From assembly GCA_964016885.1 (NCBI GenBank), contig OZ024742.1:167834001-167898000 (forward strand): DNA of 64,000 nt. The letters run 5' to 3'. Of the stretch, positions 55,620 to 64,000 are shown piece by piece. The notes under the pieces are model-generated. The model was given only the letters and a program-made list of their open reading frames with translations. It ran no database searches and was not told the origin of the DNA. Each line of letters opens with the position of its first letter. Positions within the stretch are counted from its first letter, which is position 1. Origin of the DNA: Eledone cirrhosa (lineage: Eukaryota). Position numbers and translations under genes: made by a program.

Positions 55620-57800
55620 AAAAAATCAAGGGGAGATAATTTCCAGCCGTCCAAGGGAAGATAATTTCCAGCCCTCCAAGGGGCTATAATTTCCAGCGTC
55701 CAAGGGGAGATAATTTCCAGCCAGCGAAGGGGAGATAATTTTTTTAAAAAAATCACTGGGAGATTTGTAAAAAAAATCAGGGGGAGATAATTTGTAAAAA
55801 AAATCAAGGGGAGATAATTTCCAGCCGTCCAAAGAGAGATAATTTCTAGCCGTCCAAGGGGAGATAATTCCCAGCCAAGGGGAGATAATTTCCAGCCGTC
55901 CAAGGGGAGATAATTTTTTAAAAAATCAGGTGGAGATAATTTGTAAAAAAAATCAGTGGAAGATAATTTGTAAAAACAAAATCAAGGGCAGATAATTTCC
56001 AGCCGTCCAAGGGGAGATAATTTCCCGCCAGCCAAGGTAAGATAATATTTAAAAAAATCAGGCAGAGACAATTTGTAAAAAAAATCAGGGGGAGATAATT
56101 TGTAAAAAAATCAGGGGGAGATAATTTGTAAAAGAAATATCAGGGGGAGATAATTTGTAAAAAAAATCAGGGGGAGATAATTTGTAAAAAAAAATCAGGT
56201 GTAGATAATTTGTAAAAAAAAATCAGGGGTAGATAATTTGTAAAAAAAAATCAGGGGGAGATAATTTGTAAAAAAAATCAAGGGGAGATAATTTCCAGCC
56301 GTCCAAGGAGAGATAATTTAAAAAAAAAATCAGGCGGAGATAATTTGTAAAAAAAATCAAGGGGAGATAATTTCCAGCCGTCCAAGGGAAGATAATTTCA
56401 GCCCTCCAAGGGGCTATAATTTCCAGTGTCCAAGGGGAGATAATTTCCAGCCAGCGAAGGGGAGATAATTTTTTTAAAAAAATCAGGGGGAGATTTGTAA
56501 AAAAAATCAGAGGGAGATAATTTGTAAAAAAAATCAAAGGGAGATAATTTCCAGCCGTCCAAAGAGAGATAATTTCTAGCCGTCCAAGGGGAGATAATTT
56601 CCAGCCAAGGGGAGATAATTTCCAGCCGTGCAAGGGGAGATAATTTCCAGCCGTCGAAGGGGAGATAATTTCCATCCTTCCAAGGGGAGATAATTTCCAG
56701 CTGTCCAAGGGGAGATAATTTCCCGCCAGCCAAGGGAAGATAATTTTTTAAAAAATCAGGCGGAGATTGTAAAAAAAATCAGGGGGAGATAATTTGTAAA
56801 AAAATCAGGGGCAGATAATTTGTAAAAAAAAAATCAGGGGGAGATAATTTGTAAAAAAAAATCAGGGGGAGATAATTTGTAAAAAAAAATCAGGGGGAGA
56901 TAATTTTTAAAAAAATCAGGGGTAGATAATTTGTAAAAAAAATCAGGGGGAGATAATTTCTAAAAAAAATCAGGGGGAGATAATTTGTAAAAACAATTAA
57001 GGGGAGATAATTTGCAGCCGTCCAAGGGGAGATAATTTTCAGCCGTCCAAGGAGAGGTAATTTCTAGCCGTCCAAGGGGAGATAATTTCCAGCCGTCCAA
57101 GGGGAGATAATTTCCAGCCGTCCAAGGGGAGATAATTTTTTTAAAAAAATCAGGCGGAGATAATTTGTAAAAAAAAAATCAGGGGGAGATAATTTGTAAA
57201 AAAAAATCAGGGGGAGATAATTTGTAAAAAAAAATCAGGGGGAGATAATTTGTAAAAAAATCAAGGGGAGATAATTTCCAGCCGTCCAAGGGAAGATCAT
57301 TTCCAGCCCTCCAAGGGGCTATAATTTCCAGCGTCCAAGGGGAGATAATTTCCAGCCAGCGAGGGGGAGATAATTTTTTTAAAAAAAATCAGGGGGAGAT
57401 AATTTGTAAAAAAAATCAGGGGGAGATAATTTGTAAATAAAATCAAGGGGAGATAATTTCCAGCCGTCCAAAGAGAGATAATTTCTAGCCGTCCAAGGGG
57501 AGATAATTTCCAGCCAAGGGGAGATAATTTCCAGCCGTCCAAGGGGAGATAATTTTTTAAAAAATCAGGTGGAGATAATTTGTAAAAAAAATCAGGGGAA
57601 GATAATTTGTAAAAACAAAATGAAGGGCAGATAATTTCCAGCCGTACAAGGGGCGATAATTTCCAGCAGTGCAAGGGGAGATAATTTCCAGCCATCCAAG
57701 GGGAGATAATTTCCATCCTTCCAAGGGGAGATAATTTCCAGCTGTCCAAGGGGAGATAATTTCCCGCCAGCCAAGGGAAGATAATATTTAAAAAAATCAG
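55620..57800 (+). repeat. More diverged third copy of about 1540-3550 / 50340-52300
   Basis: ORF 56223 parallels 2113 and 50912 (offsets 54110 and 5311); shared CACTGGGAG, ATTCCCAGCC, CAGTGGAAG, GCGAGGGGG and GCAGTGCAAG variants. Confidence 0.82.
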
Positions 57801-60479
57801 GCGGAGATAATTTGTAAAAAAAATCAGGGTGAGATAATTTGTAAAAAATTCAGGGGAGATAATTTGTAAAAAAAAAATCAGGGGGAGATAACTTGTAAAA
57901 AAAATCAGGGGGAGATAATTTGTAAAAAAAATCAGGGGTAGATAATATGTAAAATAAAATCAGGGGGAGATAATTTGTAAAAAAAAAATCAGGGGGAGAT
58001 AATTTGTAAAAAAAATCAAGGGGAGATAATTTTCAGCCGTCCAAGGAGAGGTAATTTCTAGCCGTCCAAGGGGAGATAATTTCCAGCCGTCCAAGGGGAG
58101 ATAATTTCCAGCTGTCCAAGGGGAGATGATTTTTAAAAAAAAATCAGGCGGAGATAATTTGTAAAAAAAAAATCAGGGGGAGATAATTTGTAAAATCAGG
58201 GGCTATAATTTCCAGTGTCCAAGGGGAGATAATTTCCAGCCAGCGAAGGGGAGATAATTTTTTTTAAAAAATCACTGGGAGATTTGTAAAAAAAATCAGG
58301 GGGAGATAATTTGTAAAAAGAATCAAGGGGAGATAATTTCCAGCCGTCCAAAGAGAGATAATTTCTAGTCGTCCAAGGGGAGATAATTTCCAGCCAAGGG
58401 GAGATAATTTCCAGCCGTCCAAGGGGAGATAATGTTTTAAAATATCAGGTGGAGATAATTTGTAAAAAAAGTCGGGGAGATAATTTGTAAAAACAAAATC
58501 AAGGGCAGATAATTTCCAGCCGTCCAAGGGGAGATAATTTCCAGCCGTCCAAGGGGAGATAATTTTCAGCCGTCCAAGGAGAGGTAATTTCTAGCCGTCC
58601 AAGGGGAGATAATTTCCAGCCGTGCAAGGGGAGATAATTTCCAGCCGTCCAAGGGGAGATAATTTCCATCCTTCCAAGGGGAGATAATTTCCAGCCGTCC
58701 AAGGGGAGATAATTTCCATCCAGCCAAGGGGAGATAATTTTAAAAAAATCAGGCGGAGATAATTTGTAAAAAAAAATCAGGGGGAGATAATTTGTAAAAA
58801 AAAATCAGGGGGAGATAATTTGTAAAAAAATCATGGGTAGATAATTTGTAAAAAAAAATCAAGGGGAGATAATTTCCAGCCAGCGAAGGGGAGATAATTT
58901 TTTTTTTAAATCAGGGGTAGATTGGTAAAAAAAATCAGGGGGAGATAATTTGTAAAAAAAAAATCAGGGGGAGCTAATTTGTAAAAAAATATCAGGGGGA
59001 GATAATTTCCAGCCGTCCAAGGGGAGATAATTTCCAGCCAGCCAAGGGGAGATAATTTCCAGCCAGCCAAGGGGAGATATTTGTAAAAAAAATCAGGGAG
59101 AGATAATTTGTAAAAAAAAAATCAGGGTGAGATAATTAGTAAAAAAAATCAAGGGGACATAATTTCCAGCCGTCCAAGGGGAGAAATTTCCAGCCCTACA
59201 AGCGGCTATAATTTCCAGCCGTCCAAAGGAAGATAATTTCCAGTCAGCGAAGGGGAGATAATTCCTAAAATTCATAAAAATTCATAAAATTCCTAAAATT
59301 CCTAAAATTCAAAAAATTCCTAAAATTCCTAAAATTCCTAAAATTCCTAAAATTCCTAAATTCCTAAAATTCATAAAATTCATAAAATTTATAAAATTCA
59401 TAAAATTTATAAAATTCCTAAAATTCAAAAAATTCCTAAAATTCCTAAAATTCCTAAAATTCCTAAAATTCCTAAAATTCCTAAATTCCTAAAATTCCTA
59501 AAATTCCTAAAATTCGTAAAATTTTAAACTTCATAAAATTCATAAAATTCCTAAAATTCCTCAAATTCCTCAAATTCAAAAAATTCCTGAAATTCTTGAA
59601 TTTCATAAAATTCATAAAATTCAGAAAATTCCTAAAAATTCAAAAAATTCCAAAAATTCAAAAAAATTCCTAAAAAACCTAAAATTCTTAAAATTCCTAA
59701 ATTTCATAAAATTCCTAAAATTCCTAAAATTCTTAAAATTCCTAAAATTCCTAAAATTCCTAAAATTCCTAAAATTCATAACATTTCTAAAATTCATAAA
59801 ATTCATAAAATTCCAAAAATTCAAAAAATTCATAAAATTCTTCAATTTCATAAAATTCATAAAATTCCTAAAATTCCTAAGATTCCTAAAATTCCTAAAA
59901 TTTATATAATTCATAAAATTCCTAAAATTCATAAAATTTATAAAATTCCTAAAATTACTAAAATTCGTAAAATTCATAAAATTCCTCAAATTCCAAAAAT
60001 TCATAAAATTAATAAAATTCATAAAATTCATAAAATTCATAAAATTCATAAAATTCATAAAATTCTTAAAATTCCTAAAATTCCAAAAATTCCAAAAATT
60101 CCAAAAAATTCCTAAAATTCCTAAAATTCATAACATTTCTAAAATTCATAAAATTCATAAAATTCACAAAATTCCTAAAATTCCTAAAATTCCTAAAATT
60201 TCAAAATTCATAAAAATCCTAAAATTCATAAAATTCATAAAATTCATAAAATTCATAACATTCATAAAATTCCTAAAATTCCTAAGATTCCTAAAATTCC
60301 TAAAATTCCGCAAATTCCAAAAATTCCTAAAATTAATAAAATTCCTAAAATTCAAAAAGTTCATAAAATTCCTAAGATTCCTAAAATTTCTAAAATTCAT
60401 AAAATTCATAAAAATTCCTAAAATTCCCAAAATTCCAAAAATTCCTAAAATTCATAAAATTCATAAAATTCATAAAATT

Positions 60480-63400
60480 CATAAAATTCATAAAAATTCA
60501 AAAAATTACGAAAATTCAAGAAATTCAAAAAATTCCTAAAATTCTTGAATTTCATAAAATTCCTAAAATTCCTAAAATTCCTAAGATTCCTAAAATTCCT
60601 AAAATTTATATAATTCATAAAATTAAATAAAATTCCTAAAAATTCATAAAATTCATAAAATTCATAGAATTCCTAAAAATTCCTAAAATTCCAAGAAATT
60701 CAAAAAATTCCTAAAATTCCAAAAATTCCTAAAATTCCTAAAATTCCTAAAATTCCTAAAATTCCAAAAATTCCTAAAATTCCTAAAATTCATAAAATTC
60801 CTAAAATTCATAAAATTCATAACATTTCTAATGTTCCTAAAATTCATAAAATTCCAAAAATTCCTAAAATTCCTAAAATTCCTAAAATTCAAAAAATTCA
60901 TAAAATTCATAAAATTCATAAAATTCATAAGATTCATAAAAATTCATAAAATTCCGAAAATTCCAAAAAATTCCTAAAATTCCTAAAATTCCTAAAATTC
61001 CAAAAATTCATAAAATTCATAAAATTCTTAAAATTTCTAAAATTCCTAAAATTCCTAAAATTCCTAAAATTCATAGAAATTCCTAAAATTCCTAAAATTC
61101 CTAAAATTCAAAAAATTCAAAAAATTCATAAAATTCCTAAAATTTCTAAAATTCCTAAATTCCTAAAATTCCTAAAATTCCTAAAATTCCTAAAAATTCC
61201 TAAAATTTATAAAATTCCTAAAATTACTAAAATTAGTAAAATTTTAAATTTCATAAAATTCATAAAATTCATAAAATTCCTAAAAATTCATAAAATTACG
61301 AAAATTCGGAAAAATTCCTAAAATTACTAAAATTCAAAATATTCAAAAAATTCCTAAGATTCTTAAATTTCATAAAATTCATAAAATTCATAAAATTCAT
61401 AAGATTCCTAAAATTCCTAAAATTTATATAATTCATAAAATTCCTAAAATTAATAAAATTTATAAAATTCCTAAAATTACTAAAATTCGTAAAATTCGTA
61501 AAATTCATAAAATTCCTAAAATTCCTCAAATTCCAAAAATTCATAAAATTAAAATTCCTAAAATTCAAAAAGTTCATAAAATTCCTAAGATTCCTAAAAT
61601 TCCTAAAATTCCAAAAATTCATAAAATTCATAAAATTCATAAAAATTCATAAAATTCCAAGAAATTCAAAAAAATCCTAAATTTCCTAAAATTCCTAAAA
61701 TTCTTAAAATTCCTAAAATTCCTAAAATTCCTAAATTCCTAAAATTCCTAAAATTCCTAAAACTCCAAAAATTCATAAAATTCATAAAATTCATAAAATT
61801 CATAAAATTCATAAAATTCCTAAAATTCCTAAAATTCATAAAATTACTAAAATTCATAAAATTCCTAAAAATTCCTAAAATTCCTAAAATTCCTAAAATT
61901 CCAAAAATTCATAAAATTTATATAATTCATAAAATTCCTAAAATTCCTAAAATTTATAAATTTCCTAAAATTCCTAAAATTCTTAAAATTCCTAAAATTC
62001 CTAAAATTCCTAAATTCCTAAAATTCCTAAAATTCCTAAAACTCCAAAAATTCATAAAATTCATAAAATTCATAAAATTCATAAAATTCATAAAATTCCT
62101 AAAATTCCTAAAATTCATAAAATTACTAAAATTCATAAAATTCCTAAAAATTCATAAAATTCCTAAAATTCCTAAAATTCATAGACATTCCTAAAATTCC
62201 TAAAATTCCTAAAATTCAAAAAATTCCTAAAATTCCTAAAATTCCTAAAATTCCTAAATTCCTAAATTCCTAAAATTACTAAAATTCATAAAATTCATAA
62301 AATTTATAAAATTCCTAAAATTACTAAAATTCCTAAAATTTATAAAATTCCTAAAATTACTAAAATTCGTAAAATTCCTAAAATTCATAAAATTCCTAAA
62401 ATTCCTCAAATTCCAAAATTCATAAAATTAAAATTTCTAAAATTCAAAAAGTTCGTAAAATTCCTAAGATTCCTAAAATTCCTAAAATTCTAAAAATTCA
62501 TAAAACTCATAAAATTCATAAAAATTCCTAAAATTCATAAAATTCCTAAAATTCATAAAATTCTTAAATTTCATAAAATTCATAAAATTCATAAAATTCA
62601 TAAGATTCCTAAAATTCCTCAAATTTATATAATTCATAAAATTCCTAAAACTCATAAAATTCATAAAAATTCCTAAAATTCATAAAATTCCTAAAATTCA
62701 TAAAATTCATAAAATTCATAAAATTCATAAAATTACTAAAATTCATAAAATCCTAAAAATTCAAAAAATTACGAAAATTCCAAAAAAATTACTAAAATTC
62801 CTAAAATTCAAGAAATTCAAAAAATTCCTAAAATTCTTGAATTTCATAAAATTCCTAAAATTCCTAAAATTCCTAAGATTCCTAAAATTCCTAAAATTTA
62901 TATAATTCATAAAATTCAGAAAATTCCTAAAAATTCATAAAATTCAAAATATTCCTAAAATTCCAAAAATTCCTAAAATTACTAAAATTCCGAAAATTCT
63001 TAAAATTCCTAAAATTCCTAAAATTCCTAAAATTCCAAAAATTCCTAAAATTCATAAAATTCCTAAAATTCCTAAAATTCATAACATTTCTAATGTTCCT
63101 AAAATTCATAAAATTCCTAAAATTCATAAAATTCCTAAAATTCCTAAAATTCAAAAAATTCATAAAAATCCTAAAATTCAAAAAATTCATAAAAATCCTA
63201 AAATTCATAAAATTCATAAAATTCATAAAATTCATAAAATTCCTAAAATTCATAAAATTACTAAAATTCATAAAATCCTAAAAATTCATAAAATTCCGAA
63301 AATTCCTAAAATTCCTAAAAATTCATAAAATTCCGAAAATTCCAAAAAATTCCTAAAATTCCTAAAATTCCTAAAATTCCAAAAATTCATAAAATTCATA

Positions 63401-64000
63401 AAATTCTTAAAATTCCTAAAATTCCTAAAATTCCTAAAATTCCTAAAATTCCTAAAATTCATAGAAATTCCTAAAATTCCTAAAATTCCTAAAATTCAAA
63501 AGATTCCTAAAATTCCTAAAATTCCTAAAATTCCTAAATTCCTAAAATTCCTAAAATTTATAAAATTCATAAAATTACTAAAATTAGTAAAATTTTAAAT
63601 TTCATAAAATTCATAAAATTCATAAAATTCCTAAAAATTCATAAAATTACGAAAATTCGGAAAAATTCCTAAAATTACTAAAATTCAAAAAATTCAAAAA
63701 ATTCCTAAGATTCTTAAATTTCATAAAATTCATAAAATTCATAAAATTCCTAAGATTCCTAAAATTCCTAAAATTTATAATTCATAAAATTCATAAAATT
63801 CATAAAATTCCTAAGATTCCTAAAATTCCTAAAATTCCTAAATTTCATAAAATTTATAAAATTCCTAAAATTACTAAAATTTATAATTCATAAAATTCCT
63901 AAAATTCATAAAATTTATAAAATTCCTAAAATTACTAAAATTCGTAAAATTCCTAAAATTCATAAAATTCCAGAAAATTCCTCAAATTCCAAAAATTCAT
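60480..64000 (+). repeat. About 2.3-kb higher-order repeat in the 9-bp satellite (about 60480-61560 vs 62745-64000)
   Basis: Marker offsets: TTACG 60506/62769 (2263), ATTCTTGAAT 60541/62833 (2292), AACATTTCTAATGTTCC 60821/63083 (2262), TCATAGAAAT 61071/63459 (2388), AATTAGTAAAATTTT 61231/63582 (2351). Confidence 0.8.
61680..62150 (+). repeat. 279-bp-offset local duplication in the 9-bp satellite
   Basis: AACTCC marker at 61761/62040; ORF ends 61857/62136 with identical translations over 60 aa; 279 = 31 x 9. Confidence 0.85.

Larger units (their letters stand above)
1..59263 (+). repeat. Composite two-monomer satellite array (25-bp monomer A and 26-29-bp monomer B), open at the left window edge
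   Basis: Continuous head-to-tail monomers: A = CAAGGGGAGATAATTTCCAGCCGTC, B = CAGGGGGAGATAATTTGT(A)7-10T, shared core GGGGAGATAATTT. Alternating short runs of A and B; about 2,200-2,300 monomers by length/unit arithmetic. No unique sequence and no inversion seen. Confidence 0.99.
59260..64000 (+). repeat. 9-bp AT-rich satellite (AAAATTCCT / AAAATTCAT)n, open at the right window edge
   Basis: Tandem 9-mers with two dominant variants (CCT, CAT), minor variants (CAA, CCA, TAT, ACT, CTT, CGT) and occasional 8- or 10-bp units; almost no G on the + strand. Confidence 0.99.

Noticed and set aside
1-59263. CRISPR-like pattern of a constant core plus variable tail
   Set aside because: The core is only 13 bp, the tails are 12-16 bp and fall into two repeated classes rather than unique spacers; no leader or cas genes.
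1-59263. G-quadruplex array from G4-G5 runs in each monomer
   Set aside because: Runs are separated by loops of about 21-24 nt, far beyond the canonical 1-7 nt, so stable intramolecular G4 is not supported by sequence alone.
1-59263. NF-kB/Rel-like site in GGGGAGATAATTTCC
   Set aside because: The GGG and TTCC half-sites are too far apart for the 10-bp GGGRNWYYCC consensus.
1-59263. A7-A10 tracts as poly(A) tails or, on the minus strand, as Pol III / intrinsic terminators
   Set aside because: They are integral parts of monomer B, with no upstream transcription unit, A/B boxes or GC-rich hairpin.
805-59275. Many minus-strand ORFs (WKLSPLGRLEIISPWTAGNYLPLDG / FFYKLSPPD / FFTNYLPLI repeats)
   Set aside because: The reverse complement of monomer A has no stop in any frame and B has a single TGA, so open frames arise automatically. 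Most starts are TTG codons from the repeat, ORFs overlap in several frames, and frames break at A-tract length changes.
59621-63281. ORFs of (NFR/NFM)n, (GIL)n and (KFI/KFL)n peptides
   Set aside because: Direct translations of a 9-bp repeat, interrupted by 8- and 10-bp units; no non-repetitive coding context.
59260-64000. Telomere: the minus strand reads (TTTTAGGAA)n and contains TTAGG/TTTTAGG
   Set aside because: A telomere at the right end would have the G-rich strand on +, but + is the C-rich strand. A large share of units are CAT-type without GG, and the array shows kb-scale block duplications. An interstitial telomere-like origin cannot be excluded but has no support here.
1-64000. Transposon, MITE or Helitron remnants, inversions or unique islands within the arrays
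   Set aside because: No terminal inverted repeats, target-site duplications, reverse-oriented monomers or non-satellite sequence seen on reading through.
1-64000. Assignment as a functional centromere or to a specific organism
   Set aside because: I do not recognise either monomer, there is no CENP-B box-like motif I can support, and function cannot be inferred without chromatin or cytological data.

Overview
The whole 64 kb window is non-coding tandem-repeat (satellite) DNA, most likely eukaryotic heterochromatin; the organism cannot be identified from the sequence. I find no credible gene, RNA gene, mobile element or CRISPR array, and all ORFs in the track are translation artefacts of the repeats. 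Bases 1-~59263 are a composite satellite made of two interleaved monomer families sharing the core GGGGAGATAATTT: monomer A (25 bp, CAAGGGGAGATAATTTCCAGCCGTC, 52% GC) and monomer B (26-29 bp, CAGGGGGAGATAATTTGT(A)7-10T, about 30% GC), all in one orientation. The monomers form a small set of recurring variant cassettes with fixed junction rules, and the cassettes are copied in higher-order blocks (offsets of about 1, 1.55, 3.6, 3.8, 5.7, 8.6, 24-28 and 48.8 kb). At 59260-59263 the array switches abruptly, through a shared AATT, to a 9-bp satellite (AAAATTCCT/AAAATTCAT) with its own 279-bp and ~2.3-kb higher-order structure. The most notable observations are the two-monomer grammar, a conserved 8-7-10-8-9 series of A-tract lengths, sliding TnAm palindromes at run ends, roughly nested layering of related blocks, and the position of the satellite-satellite junction. 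Counts and offsets were read by eye or from the ORF-track coordinates and need computational confirmation.
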